A DNA stretch of 64,000 bases from an uncultured Chloroflexia bacterium (GTDB taxonomy: Bacteria; Chloroflexota; Limnocylindria; Limnocylindrales; CSP1-4), in NCBI GenBank assembly GCA_963767165.1, contig CAVYCV010000008.1, positions 41,978 through 105,977 on the forward strand, in the 5' to 3' direction. The notes beneath the pieces were generated by a model, which was not told the origin of the DNA, searched no databases, and was given only the letters and a program-made list of their open reading frames with translations. Positions 47,764 through 58,061 of this stretch are shown here, piece by piece; positions within the stretch are counted from its first letter, which is position 1; the number at the start of each line of letters is the position of its first letter. Both the position numbers and the translations under genes were made by a program.

Positions 47764-49029
47764 ATGCCCGCGTTCGATGTCGATGCCCTGCGTCGCGAGT
47801 TCCCGGCACTCACTCGCGAACAGGACGGGCGACCGGTCGCCTTTCTCGACGGCCCCGGCGGCACGCAGGTCCCGGAGCGGGTCATCGACGCCGTCACGAG
47901 CTACTACCGCGATTCGAACGCCAACGCCGACGGCGCCTTCGCGACGAGCCGCCGCTCGGACGAGATCGTCCTCGAGGCACACGCCGCCGTCGCCGACTCC
48001 CTCGGCGCCGGATCTCCCGACGAGATCAAGTTCGGCTACAACATGTCGACGCTCACGCTCGCGATCGGTCGCTCGATCGGCGCGACGCTCGGCCCGGGCG
48101 ACGAGATCGTCGTCACGACCCTTGACCACGAGGCGAACGTCTCCACCTGGAAGGCGATGGCCGCGGACCGCGGCGTGACCGTGCGCCAGGTCGACATCCG
48201 CGAAGACGACGTGACGCTCGACCTCGAGGACCTCGAGTCGAAGCTCGGACCGCGGACGAAGCTCGTCGCAGTCGGCCTTGCCAGCAACGCGGTCGGCACG
48301 GTCAACCCGGTCGGGGAGATCGTCGCCCGTGCCCATGAGGTGGGGGCGCTGACCTACATCGATGCCGTCGCCTACGCGCCGCACGGGCCGATCGATGTCC
48401 GGGCGCTCGACACGGACTTCCTCGTGACGTCGGTCTACAAGTGGTTCGGGCCGCATCTCGGGGCCCTCTACGGCAAGGCCGAGGTCCTCGACCGCCTGCC
48501 GGTGTTCAAGGTCCGGCCCGCCCACGACCGCTTCGAGACCGGCACCCAGTCGTTCGAGTCGATCGCGGGCACGCTCGCCGCAACCGACTACCTGCGCGAC
48601 GTCGGCCGATCGTATGGCGATGTCACCGGCGCAGCGGGGGCCGCCGACGCCAGCGAGCGCCGACGCGAGCTCGTGGCCGGGATGACCGCGATCGCCGCCT
48701 ACGAGCGGGCGCTCGTCACGCGCCTGATCGACGGCCTGAAGCGCATCGCGCGCGTCCGGATCCATGGGATCACGGACCGCGCCCGGTTCGACGAGCGGGT
48801 GCCGACCGTCTCGGTGTCGATCGAGGGGGTCCACCCGCGGACGGCCGCGGAGGCCCTCGGTCGCGAGGGCATCTACGTCTGGGACGGCGACTTCTACGCC
48901 ACCGGGCTCATCGAGCGTCTCGGCAAGGCCGAGTCGGGCGGCGTCCTCCGCCTGGGCCTCGTCCACTACAACACCGCCGCCGAGGTCGACCGGACGCTCG
49001 AGGCGCTGGAGCGGATCGCGACGGGCTGA
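47764..49029 (+). CDS. cysteine desulfurase-like aminotransferase class V protein
   Basis: PLP-dependent fold with a Lys in the SVYKWFGPH region and an N-terminal DGPGGTQVP motif. Confidence 0.7.
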   Translation: MPAFDVDALRREFPALTREQDGRPVAFLDGPGGTQVPERVIDAVTSYYRDSNANADGAFATSRRSDEIVLEAHAAVADSLGAGSPDEIKFGYNMSTLTLAIGRSIGATLGPGDEIVVTTLDHEANVSTWKAMAADRGVTVRQVDIREDDVTLDLEDLESKLGPRTKLVAVGLASNAVGTVNPVGEIVARAHEVGALTYIDAVAYAPHGPIDVRALDTDFLVTSVYKWFGPHLGALYGKAEVLDRLPVFKVRPAHDRFETGTQSFESIAGTLAATDYLRDVGRSYGDVTGAAGAADASERRRELVAGMTAIAAYERALVTRLIDGLKRIARVRIHGITDRARFDERVPTVSVSIEGVHPRTAAEALGREGIYVWDGDFYATGLIERLGKAESGGVLRLGLVHYNTAAEVDRTLEALERIATG

Positions 49030-49033
49030 CCAG

Positions 49034-49477
49034 ATGACTCCGCCCACGATCCAGACGCGTCTCGCCCGTGGCTTCGATCCGGCCGAGCTGCGCCGGATCA
49101 AGCGGCTGTGGGTCCGCCACTCGATCGCCGAGGATCGGCGGGACATCGACGGGCTGATCGCGACGCTGGCACCGGACTGCGTGTACGAGGTCGTCCCGAC
49201 GGGCCAGCGCTGGGACGGCCATGCCGGCGCACGGACTTTCTACACCGAGCTGTTCGCGGCCTTCCCGGACAACGCCTTCGAGCTCACTGAGATCGTCGTC
49301 GGGCCGCAGGGCGTCTTCGAGGTCGCGACGTTGACCGGCACGAACCAGGGCCCATGGGCCGGCGCCGCCCCGTCCGGCCTGCCGGTGCGGCTCGAGGTCC
49401 TGATCCTGTTCCCCTGGGATCCCGGGGCGGAACGGTTCCTCGGGGAGCGGATCTGGTTCGACCGCGGGGCGCTCTAG
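49034..49477 (+). CDS. SnoaL-like/NTF2-fold protein
   Basis: About 147 aa. RRIKRLWVRHSIAEDRRDIDGLIATLAPDCVYE pattern of the SnoaL_2 fold. Confidence 0.45.
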   Translation: MTPPTIQTRLARGFDPAELRRIKRLWVRHSIAEDRRDIDGLIATLAPDCVYEVVPTGQRWDGHAGARTFYTELFAAFPDNAFELTEIVVGPQGVFEVATLTGTNQGPWAGAAPSGLPVRLEVLILFPWDPGAERFLGERIWFDRGAL

Positions 49478-49587
49478 CGGTCCCACGTCGACGACGACCC
49501 GATGGTCGGGTTGCGCGTTCCGCCCGCGCCACGCATCATGCCGCCGGGCCGGCGGGTGATCGGCCACCTCACGGGGAACCCACCGAC

Positions 49588-50304
49588 ATGACGCGACCCA
49601 CGCGCGCGGGCTTCGGCGCCGCGCTGCTCCTCCCGGTCATCCTGATCGTCGCCGCCTGCGGCGGCGGCAGCACGACCGCGACGCCCACGCCGACGCCCGC
49701 CGGCGACGGCAACGCCCAGCCCACGCTCCCGGCCGGCGCCCTCCCGTCCTTCGATCTCGGCGCGCTCACCGGTGGCATCCCGGGCCTCAATTCGTACCGG
49801 ACCTCGGTCAGCACGAACGGCGTCACGTCGTATGAGAGCGTGGTCGTGACCAAGCCCGTGGTCTCGAAGGCCATCACGACCTTCGAGAAGGACGGCACGA
49901 CGGTCGACTCCCGGTTCGTCGTCATCGGCAAGGAGGTCTGGCAGGCGCAGGGAGCGGACGGCGACTTCGAGGCCGTCCCCGAGGCCCTCGCCGCGCCGAT
50001 GCTCATGATCTTCGACCCGACTGTGATGCTCGCCGGATACGCCAACCTCGACTGGAGCCATGCGGCCAACAACCTGGGCACCGAGGACAAGAACGGCGTC
50101 CGGGCTGTGCACGTCAAGGTCGACCCCAGCACGATCGGTGGGATCGGCGTCCAGATGCCAGCCGGCGCGGCGATCGACGTCTGGGTCGCCGAGGCGGGCT
50201 ACATCGTGTCCTGGGAGATGTCCGGCTTCAAGGAGGGCCAGGACATCGCGATCCAGGTCACTAACGCGAACGACGCTTCGAACAAGGTCGAACGGCCCAG
50301 CTGA
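49588..50304 (+). CDS. lipoprotein, unknown function
   Basis: Lipobox IVAACGG followed by a TPTPTP linker and a 200-aa domain. Confidence 0.5.
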   Translation: MTRPTRAGFGAALLLPVILIVAACGGGSTTATPTPTPAGDGNAQPTLPAGALPSFDLGALTGGIPGLNSYRTSVSTNGVTSYESVVVTKPVVSKAITTFEKDGTTVDSRFVVIGKEVWQAQGADGDFEAVPEALAAPMLMIFDPTVMLAGYANLDWSHAANNLGTEDKNGVRAVHVKVDPSTIGGIGVQMPAGAAIDVWVAEAGYIVSWEMSGFKEGQDIAIQVTNANDASNKVERPS

Positions 50305-50327
50305 CCGCCGTATCGGGCCGCTCTGGG

Positions 50328-53147
50328 CTACGACGCCGCCAGCATCCAGATACCCGGGTCGGGGTCGGCGGGATCGCCGTCGATCTCGGCGAACGCCTCG
50401 ACCGCGCGGCGCAGGTGGATCATCGCGTCCGCTTCGCGACCCGTGGCGTGAAGCATGTCGGCGAGGTGGTTCTCGACGGCCGCTTCGAGGTGGCGATCGC
50501 CGATCCGACGACAGGTCGCCACCGCCACCTCGCAATGCGCCACGCCGGCGTCCAGCGCGCCGCCCGCGGCCTCGGCCATCGCGAGCGCCACCAAGGCGGC
50601 GATCGAGGCCGTCGGGTCAGGGTCCGCCTCCGCGGCGGCCAATGCGAGCTCCAGCGACCGCCGCGCGGTGGCCGAGTCGCCGCGGTCCAGGGCGACGAGG
50701 CCCTGCATCCGGTGGGCGGCACCGGCCGACGCCCGGTCGCCGGCGCGGATCGCCTCGACGAGAGCGTCGGTCGCCGCGGTCGCGGCCCCGTCAGGGTCCC
50801 CCGCGCGACGACGCACCACCGAGCGGTCGACGAGCATCCGGGCGCGCAGACGACCCTCGTCGCAGGTTGCCAGCGCGAGTTCGAGATGCCGATCAGCGGC
50901 CGTGAGGTCACCTCGTCGGATGTGTACGCGCGCGAGGGCCAGCTCGAGCTCGGGGAGGTCGGCCGGCTCGGCCAGCGCCGCCGCCGCCTCGAGCGACGCG
51001 ATCGCCCCCGCGTAGTCGCCGAGCCGGGTCCTCAGCGCGCCGATGGCCGCGCGAAGCTCGACCACATCCGCATGCCCGAGCGCCAGAGCTCCCGAGTAGT
51101 GACCGATCGCGTCGCCGTTCGCGAAGAGCCCGGCGGCCCGATCGCCAGCCTCCTTGAACGCCCGGGCCGCCGCGTCATCCCGCCCGGCATCCCGCTCGTG
51201 CTGCGCGATCTGGACGAGTCGGCCGAGGTCGTCGCGACCCGACCCCCCGAGGTCCATCCGTAGCGCCTCGGCGATCCGTCGGTGCAGGAGGCGGCGTCGA
51301 GCCAGGCTGGTCGCCTCGTCGACGAGGTCGCGCAGCGCGCCATGGGCGAAGTCGTATCGGATCTCGGCGTCGAGCGTGCCGACCGCCTCGCGGACGAGGG
51401 CCCGATGCACGAGTTCGTCGACCGCCTCGACGACCTCGTCCTCGGATCGGCCACTGGCGTATCGGACGGACGGAAGGTCGAACGAGCGCCCGATGGCAGC
51501 AGCGGCCACGAGGACCTGCTCGGCGGTGCCGCCGACCGCAGCCAGCCGCTGCCGGAGCACGGCCCGCACGCTGTCGGGCATGCCGGCGTCGGAGACGTCG
51601 CCTCGCGCCAGGGTCTCGACGACGTAGAGTGGCAGGCCCTCCGACGCCGTCAGCAGCGAATCGACCGCCGCTGGCGACGCCGAATCGACGCCGGTCGCGG
51701 CGGCGACGAGCCGGCCGACATCCGCGCGCTCGAGGCGATCGAGCTCGACCACCGTCGTGGCAGGATCTCGCTCGACCTGCCCGGCGAACGCGAGTCCCTG
51801 ATCGTCGAGCTCCTCGTGTCGCCAGGTCAGCAGCAACACGATCGGGCGACCGGCGAGCCGTCGGGCGAGGTACGCGAGCGCGTCCAGCGATGCCGCGTCG
51901 GCCCACTGGAGGTCGTCGAGCCAGAGGACGCCCGGTGGCGATCCGGCGACGCTTGCGGTCACCCCGTCGGCGATCGCGGCGACGAGCCGTGCCTGCGCGC
52001 CCGGACCGTCGGCCCCGCCGGAGCGAGCCGTCGCCTCGATGGCCGGGAGCAGTCGGTGGAGCTCGGTGCCGACAGCCGGATCGAGGGCGCGGATGCGCGT
52101 CGCCGACGAGGCATCGGCCAGGGCGGACCGGAGCAGCTCGACGATCACGCCGTAGGCGATCGCACGCTCCGTGGCATGGGCCCGAGCCGCAACGACGACG
52201 CCACCGTCCTCGCGGACAGCGTCGGCGAACGCCTCCGCGAGCCGCGTCTTGCCGATCCCGGCTTCGCCGACGAGGACGACGATCCGACCGACATCGGTGG
52301 CCTCGGAGCGCACTGCGGCGAGGCGCGCCAGCGCGTCATCGCGGCCCACGAGTGGGAGTGTCCGCGGGCCCGGGACGACCGCCGGTCGGCGAATCACGGC
52401 GCGATCCGACCTGACCACGGCTGCGTCGCGGATCGCCTCGTACCGGGCGGTGGTCTCATCGAGCGGGGGGACGCCCAGCTCGCGTTCGAGAACCGCCACG
52501 CAGATCCGATACTGACGGAGCGCGGCGGGCCGATCCCCGTGCGCCACGAGCAGGTCCATGAGCCGGACGTGGGCCGCCTCATCGAGTGGGTCCAGCTCGA
52601 CTCGGCGCATGGCTGCTGCGATCGCGCCGGGAAGGTCGCCTGCGCTCACCAGGGCCGCCGAGAGATGGTCGAGGACGGTTGTGACCGACCGCTCGGCCGC
52701 CATCGCGCGCCCGGCACGCCAGTCGTCGAAGTCGGGGCTGTCCCGGAGCGTGAATCCCGCCAGGAAGGGGCCGCGGGCGAGGTCGGCGGCGCGGGCGAGG
52801 TCGCGAGGCAGGGTCGAGCGAGCCAGACGCTCGATGTCCTGGAGGTCGACCCGGACGGCCGCGCGCACGAGATCGACTCTGGAGCGATCGATGCGCAGGG
52901 GACCCTCGCCGACCGCCGTCCGGAGCGCCGACAGCGTCCGACGGAGCGCACCCCGTGCAGCAGCGTCATCGGCATCCGGCCAGAGCAGCGCCGCGAGCTC
53001 GTCGCGGGCATACGGCCGCTGATCGGCCGCGAGCACGAGGAGGATCGCCACCGCCTTGCGCGTGTCAACGACGATCGGGACGCCGTCCACGGAGATCTCC
53101 GGTGGACCCAACAGGCGGATGTCGAGATGCGGTGTCGAACGACTCAT
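50328..53147 (-). CDS. AfsR/SARP-family regulator: OmpR-type winged-helix plus BTAD plus NB-ARC-like ATPase plus TPR
   Basis: N-terminal DIRLLGPPEISVDG...LLVLAADQ, BTAD helices, P-loop GEAGIGKTRL, C-terminal TPR-like repeats. Confidence 0.7.
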   Translation of the reverse strand: MSRSTPHLDIRLLGPPEISVDGVPIVVDTRKAVAILLVLAADQRPYARDELAALLWPDADDAAARGALRRTLSALRTAVGEGPLRIDRSRVDLVRAAVRVDLQDIERLARSTLPRDLARAADLARGPFLAGFTLRDSPDFDDWRAGRAMAAERSVTTVLDHLSAALVSAGDLPGAIAAAMRRVELDPLDEAAHVRLMDLLVAHGDRPAALRQYRICVAVLERELGVPPLDETTARYEAIRDAAVVRSDRAVIRRPAVVPGPRTLPLVGRDDALARLAAVRSEATDVGRIVVLVGEAGIGKTRLAEAFADAVREDGGVVVAARAHATERAIAYGVIVELLRSALADASSATRIRALDPAVGTELHRLLPAIEATARSGGADGPGAQARLVAAIADGVTASVAGSPPGVLWLDDLQWADAASLDALAYLARRLAGRPIVLLLTWRHEELDDQGLAFAGQVERDPATTVVELDRLERADVGRLVAAATGVDSASPAAVDSLLTASEGLPLYVVETLARGDVSDAGMPDSVRAVLRQRLAAVGGTAEQVLVAAAAIGRSFDLPSVRYASGRSEDEVVEAVDELVHRALVREAVGTLDAEIRYDFAHGALRDLVDEATSLARRRLLHRRIAEALRMDLGGSGRDDLGRLVQIAQHERDAGRDDAAARAFKEAGDRAAGLFANGDAIGHYSGALALGHADVVELRAAIGALRTRLGDYAGAIASLEAAAALAEPADLPELELALARVHIRRGDLTAADRHLELALATCDEGRLRARMLVDRSVVRRRAGDPDGAATAATDALVEAIRAGDRASAGAAHRMQGLVALDRGDSATARRSLELALAAAEADPDPTASIAALVALAMAEAAGGALDAGVAHCEVAVATCRRIGDRHLEAAVENHLADMLHATGREADAMIHLRRAVEAFAEIDGDPADPDPGIWMLAAS

Positions 53148-53218
53148 CGCGTAACGGTACCCACTTGGACGGTCATCCCGTAACGTTTCGGTGACGCCGA
53201 CCCCGGAGGATCCCGCCG

Positions 53219-54427
53219 ATGAGACGCCGGCCGATCGCCATCGCGACGTGGCTCGTGACGATGGTCATGTGTCTCGGAGCGCTGCTCTTGATCATCGCCA
53301 CGCGCGACACACCCGTCCCGCCGTCGTGGGGGTTCCCGGGGGCGTCCGTGGCCTTCGGCATCACCTGCGGCACCGTTGGCGTGATCGTCGGCGTGCGACG
53401 ACCGGATAATCTCGTCGGGTGGCTGTTCGGCATCATCGGCATCTGCTTCGCCCTCGAGGCGTTCGTCAACGAGTACGTCATCGTCGCGACCTTCGTGGTC
53501 CCTGGCGGTCTGCCCGCGACGATCCCGCTTGGCTGGACGCTTGCATGGCTGTGGGTGCCGTCGCTCGGCATCGCCCTGATCCTGCTCCCGCTGTTCTTCC
53601 CGACCGGGCACCTGCTGTCACCGCGATGGCGGGCGGTCGTCGCCCTGGGGTTCATCGCGATCGCGGCCTTCGCGGTGGCGATGGCCCTCGCTCCCGGGCC
53701 GATCCAACAGGCCCCATTCGTCGACAACCCGCTCGCGATCACGGGGCTGGACGCCGTGACCTACGGCGCCGTGGTCCTCGGTACGACCCTGATTCCCCTC
53801 ACCGCCGCGATCGCCCTGAGCATGTGGTCTCTGGTCCTGCGGTTCCGTCGGGCCTCGAGCGAGACGCGCCAGCAGATCAAGTGGTTCGCCCTGGCCGTGC
53901 TCATCGCCGGGGCGGTCTTCGCGGTGTACATCACCATCTCGGTCCTCTCGCCACGTCAGTCGCCGAAGGTGCTCGAGGTCCTGGTCGTGCTGTCGCTGAT
54001 GGGACTCCCGGCGGCCGCCGGCATGGCGATCCTGCGGTATCGCCTCTACGACATCGACCGGATCATCAGCCGGACGATCGGCTACGCGGTCGTGACCGCC
54101 GTGTTGTTCGCTGCGTTCATCCTCGTCAACCTCGTCCTCCAGAACGTCATCACCCGCCTCACGGGTGATGACTCGCCGCTCACGGTCGCGATCTCCACGC
54201 TGGTCGTCGCGGTCCTCTTCGCCCCCGTCCGAGCGCGCGTCCAGGTGGTCGTGGACCGCCGGTTCCATCGGGCCCGCTACGACGCCGAGCGGACGACGAT
54301 CGCGTTTGCGGAGCGCCTCCGCGACCAGGTCGACCTCCCGACGCTCGCAAGCGACCTCGACGCGACGGTTCGGACGGTGATCGCCCCCGCGAGCATCGGC
54401 CTGTGGCTGCGTAGGAGCGGACGATGA
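53219..54427 (+). CDS. polytopic membrane 'sensor module' paralog 1 (about 8 TM helices plus conserved cytoplasmic helical tail; no output domain)
   Basis: Conserved motifs FPTGHLLSPRWR, QIKW, ILRYRLYDIDRIISRTIGY, VDRRFHRARYDAERT, WLRR. Confidence 0.6.
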   Translation: MRRRPIAIATWLVTMVMCLGALLLIIATRDTPVPPSWGFPGASVAFGITCGTVGVIVGVRRPDNLVGWLFGIIGICFALEAFVNEYVIVATFVVPGGLPATIPLGWTLAWLWVPSLGIALILLPLFFPTGHLLSPRWRAVVALGFIAIAAFAVAMALAPGPIQQAPFVDNPLAITGLDAVTYGAVVLGTTLIPLTAAIALSMWSLVLRFRRASSETRQQIKWFALAVLIAGAVFAVYITISVLSPRQSPKVLEVLVVLSLMGLPAAAGMAILRYRLYDIDRIISRTIGYAVVTAVLFAAFILVNLVLQNVITRLTGDDSPLTVAISTLVVAVLFAPVRARVQVVVDRRFHRARYDAERTTIAFAERLRDQVDLPTLASDLDATVRTVIAPASIGLWLRRSGR

Positions 54428-55581
54428 CGCGCGCGAACTGGCCGGTCCGCGTCGCGGCGGGGTCGGCCGTCATCGTGACCGGGATCGCATCGCTCGCGGG
54501 CTGGCTGTCGACGTCGGATCCAGGGTTGCCGCCCATCTGGATCATCGACGTCGCGGCGTACGTCTCTGTCGGGGTCCTCATCGGCGAGCGACGTCGCGGC
54601 AACGCGCTCGGCCTGATCCTCTTGGCGATGGGGTTCCTCATCGCCGCCTACGCCGCGGCGGACGTGGTCCTCCGGTGGCCCGAGCCGCCGGCTGTCGCGG
54701 CCTACCTCGCGTGGCTGGTGTCGCTGCTGGACGCGCCACTGTTCGCGATGGTCGCGTTCCTCTTCCTGTTGTTCCCGGATGGTCGGCTCCCCTCGCCGCG
54801 GTGGCGATGGGTCGGGCTGGCCGTCCTGGTGTTCGGGGCGATCTCGCTGGTGGGGACGGCCGTAGCGCCGGGGCCATTCCCCTTCTACCCGGCCTTCTCG
54901 AATCCGTTCGGCATCGAGGGACCGCCCGTCGTCGATGTCGTCTCGGTGTTCTACCTGCTCACGATCGCCTGCGTCGGCGCCTCGGTGCTGTCCCTCATCG
55001 GTCGTTGGCGGGTCGGCGGCCCCGTCGAGCGCGCGCAGCTCAAGTGGGTCACGGCCGCCGCGGGGCTGATCGCCACGGTCATGGTCGCCTACGCGGTCCT
55101 CTTCGGCCCTCGCAACTTCAACGACGTCGCCGACCTGGCGGTCGCGCTCGCGCTCGCCTTCTTCCCGATCGCCATCGGGGTCGCGATCCTCCGCTACCAC
55201 CTGTTCGAGATCGACCGGCTGGTCAGCCGCACCATCGCCTACATCGTCGTCACGGCGCTGCTGATCGCCGCCTATGTGAGCGCGATCCTGCTGCTCCAGG
55301 GCCCGCTCGGGGCGATCACGGGCGGCGAAACGATCTCGGTGGCACTCTCGACGCTGGTCGCCGCGGCGCTCTTCCAGCCGCTGCGTCGCCGGGTCCAGAC
55401 GATCGTCGACCGACGGTTCGACCGCGCCCGGTTCGATGCCGAACGGACGTCGATCGCGTTCTCGGAGCGGCTCCGCGGCGAGGTCGATATCGCCGCGCTC
55501 AGCGCGGACCTCGACGCGACGGTGCGATCGTCCCTGCGACCCGCGGCCATGGGCCTGTGGCTCCGCGAGGTGACGGGCTGA
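54424..55581 (+). CDS. membrane sensor module paralog 2
   Basis: Same motif set (FPDGRLPSPRWRW, ILRYHLFEIDRLVSRTIAY, RFDRARFDAERT). Overlapping stop/start with paralog 1. Confidence 0.6.
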   Translation: MTRANWPVRVAAGSAVIVTGIASLAGWLSTSDPGLPPIWIIDVAAYVSVGVLIGERRRGNALGLILLAMGFLIAAYAAADVVLRWPEPPAVAAYLAWLVSLLDAPLFAMVAFLFLLFPDGRLPSPRWRWVGLAVLVFGAISLVGTAVAPGPFPFYPAFSNPFGIEGPPVVDVVSVFYLLTIACVGASVLSLIGRWRVGGPVERAQLKWVTAAAGLIATVMVAYAVLFGPRNFNDVADLAVALALAFFPIAIGVAILRYHLFEIDRLVSRTIAYIVVTALLIAAYVSAILLLQGPLGAITGGETISVALSTLVAAALFQPLRRRVQTIVDRRFDRARFDAERTSIAFSERLRGEVDIAALSADLDATVRSSLRPAAMGLWLREVTG

Positions 55582-56744
55582 TGCTTCGGCTCTGGCTGAT
55601 CCGGATCGCGTCGGTCTCGTCGATCGCGATCGCGCTCGCGGCCACGATCGTCAACGCGGCTCGCGGCTGGCCGAACGGCGGCCTCTACCCCCTGTACGGC
55701 GCGGTCGCCGGCGTCTTCATCGTGGTCGGTTGGCTCATCACCGAACGCCGACCGGGGAATGTGGTCGGTCCGCTGTTGGTCGCGTTCGGCGCGCTGTTCG
55801 CCTGGTATCTGCCGGCCGACCTGTATCTCCACGTTCCGGCCGATCCGCCGGGCGCCCCGTACGCAGCGTTGTTCGTCAGCATCCTCGACGCTCCGATGTT
55901 CATCGTGGTGGCGCTGGTGCTGATCCTGTTTCCCGACGGGCGACCACCGACGCCACGATGGCGATGGACGATCAGCGCCGGGGTGCTCGCCATCGTGTCC
56001 GTCGCGGTCGGACAGACACTCCAGCCTGGGCCGCTCCGGCTCTTCCCCGAACACGAGAACCCACTCGGGATGGCCGGGTTCCCTGGCGATGCACTCGTCG
56101 CTCTCGGCTACATGGTCATGCTGGTTCTGCTGGTCTCCGCAGCTGTCGCGCTGATGGTGCGTTGGCGAAGCGGGACCGCGACCGAGCGGACCCAGATCAA
56201 GTGGGTGGCCGGGGCGACCGTCGTGCTGGTCGCCACTGAGGTCGTCAACGTCGCGACGTTCCGCCCCGACCAGATAGACAGCGTCACTACCCTCGCGGCA
56301 AGCATCGGCATCGCCCTGGTCCCGATCGCGATGGGCATCGCGATCCTGCGCTACCGCCTGTACGAGATCGACCGGATCATCAGTCGATCGATCTCGTACG
56401 CGGTCGTGACGGGCATCCTGGTGTCCGTGTACGCGGCCGGCATCCTGCTGCTGCAGGCCGCGCTGTCGACCGTCACCCAAGGGCAGACGGTGGCGGTCGC
56501 TGCGTCCACCCTGGCCGTGTTCGCGCTCTTCCAGCCCGTTCGGCGCCGCGTCCAGCGGACGGTCGATCACCGCTTCGACCGAGCGCGTTACGACGCTGGG
56601 CGGACCTCCATCGAGTTCGGCGAGCGGCTGCGGAACGAGGTGGACATGGGCGCCGTGACGGGCGATCTCGTGCGAACAGCCCGGGTGAGCGTCGCTCCGT
56701 CGATGCTGGCCGTCTGGCTGCGTGGTCGCGAGGTGCCGCGATGA
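55581..56744 (+). CDS. membrane sensor module paralog 3
   Basis: Same motif set. ATG overlaps the paralog 2 stop (TGATG). Confidence 0.6.
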   Translation: MLRLWLIRIASVSSIAIALAATIVNAARGWPNGGLYPLYGAVAGVFIVVGWLITERRPGNVVGPLLVAFGALFAWYLPADLYLHVPADPPGAPYAALFVSILDAPMFIVVALVLILFPDGRPPTPRWRWTISAGVLAIVSVAVGQTLQPGPLRLFPEHENPLGMAGFPGDALVALGYMVMLVLLVSAAVALMVRWRSGTATERTQIKWVAGATVVLVATEVVNVATFRPDQIDSVTTLAASIGIALVPIAMGIAILRYRLYEIDRIISRSISYAVVTGILVSVYAAGILLLQAALSTVTQGQTVAVAASTLAVFALFQPVRRRVQRTVDHRFDRARYDAGRTSIEFGERLRNEVDMGAVTGDLVRTARVSVAPSMLAVWLRGREVPR

Positions 56745-57976
56745 CCGCTCGCACGACGACATCGTCCTGGACGGCGCGCGTCGTCTGGGCCACCACGATG
56801 GTGGGACTCATCGCGATCGGGCTGTCGGTCTGGATGTCGGCCACCGTGTCGGGCCGGGCCCCCACGGTGGACGCGGTCGGCGCCGCGACATCTCAGGCCT
56901 TGACGCTCGTCGCGTTCCTCCTCTCGGGGGCCATCATCGTCGCGCGGCAACCGCGCAACGTCGTCGGTTGGCTGCTGATGGTCCCGGGGCTCGGCCTGCC
57001 CCTGACCGCGATCGCCAGCGCGTGGCTGGTCAGCCTCGATCCACCGCCGACGCACGTCGACCCCGGCTTGTGGCTGATCCTGTGGGCGACGACGTGGTCG
57101 TGGCTGCTCCTCATCTTCCCGGTCTTCGGGTTGCTCCAGGCATTTCCGGACGGTCGTCTTCCCTCGGCGCGATGGCGGTGGCTCGTCGGGCTGGAGGTCG
57201 CGATGGTCGTGGCGTTCGCCGGGCCGTTGTCGGCCCTCACCGACGAGATGGGCGTGCTCCTGAACGACGAGACCGTCTGGACGGTCTCGAACCCGATCGG
57301 GATCCTCGACAGCGAGGCGGTCTGGAGCTCTTGGTTCGACACGATCTGGAGCCTCGGTCTCCTGATGGTGACCGTGGCCAGCGTCCTCGCGGTGGTCACC
57401 CGCTTCCGACGTGGCACGGCCGAGGAGCGCCAGCAGATCAAGTGGCCGGTGTTGGCCGTCACGTTCTTCGGGGTGGTGTACGGCACGAGCTCCCTCACGG
57501 CCGGTGATACCACGGAGATCTGGAACATCCTGTTCTTGGTCGCCATCACCGCGATCCCGGTCGCGGTGGCGATCGCCGTCCTCAAGTACCACCTTTACGC
57601 GATCGACCGGATCATCAGCCGGACGATCGGCTGGACCCTCGCGAGCGGGTTCCTCGTGATCGTCTTCGCTGTGACGATCCTCGCGACCCAGGCCGCGCTG
57701 TCCTCGTTCACACAAGGTCAGACCATCGCCGTGGCGGCATCGACGCTCATCGTCTTCGCGCTCTTCCAGCCCGTCCGCCGGCGTATCCAGGGCGCGGTCG
57801 ACCGGCGGTTCGATCGCGCCAAGTTCGATGCGGACTTGACCATCCGCGGCTTCGGCACTCGCCTGCGCGACGATGTCGATCTCGATGTCGTCCGCGGGGA
57901 GATCACGCGGACTGCGGATGCCGCGGTCCGCCCGACGGCGGCGGCGATCTGGCTTCGGGGGGAGTCGCCTTCATGA
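56741..57976 (+). CDS. membrane sensor module paralog 4
   Basis: Same motif set (FPDGRLPSARWRW, VLKYHLYAIDRIISRTIGW, RFDRAKFDADLT). Confidence 0.6.
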   Translation: MTARTTTSSWTARVVWATTMVGLIAIGLSVWMSATVSGRAPTVDAVGAATSQALTLVAFLLSGAIIVARQPRNVVGWLLMVPGLGLPLTAIASAWLVSLDPPPTHVDPGLWLILWATTWSWLLLIFPVFGLLQAFPDGRLPSARWRWLVGLEVAMVVAFAGPLSALTDEMGVLLNDETVWTVSNPIGILDSEAVWSSWFDTIWSLGLLMVTVASVLAVVTRFRRGTAEERQQIKWPVLAVTFFGVVYGTSSLTAGDTTEIWNILFLVAITAIPVAVAIAVLKYHLYAIDRIISRTIGWTLASGFLVIVFAVTILATQAALSSFTQGQTIAVAASTLIVFALFQPVRRRIQGAVDRRFDRAKFDADLTIRGFGTRLRDDVDLDVVRGEITRTADAAVRPTAAAIWLRGESPS

Positions 57977-58061
57977 CCGGCCGGCCGATCCATGTCGTCG
58001 CCGTGACGATGCCCGCCGCCGTAACGATTCCCGGACGACCCGCACCTATGGTGACCGCGAG

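Noticed and set aside
54675-56744. 689-aa ORF merging sensor-module paralogs 2 and 3
   Set aside because: The N-terminal 300 aa are an out-of-frame Arg-rich read-through of paralog 2. The genuine paralog 3 starts at ATG 55581, overlapping the paralog 2 stop.
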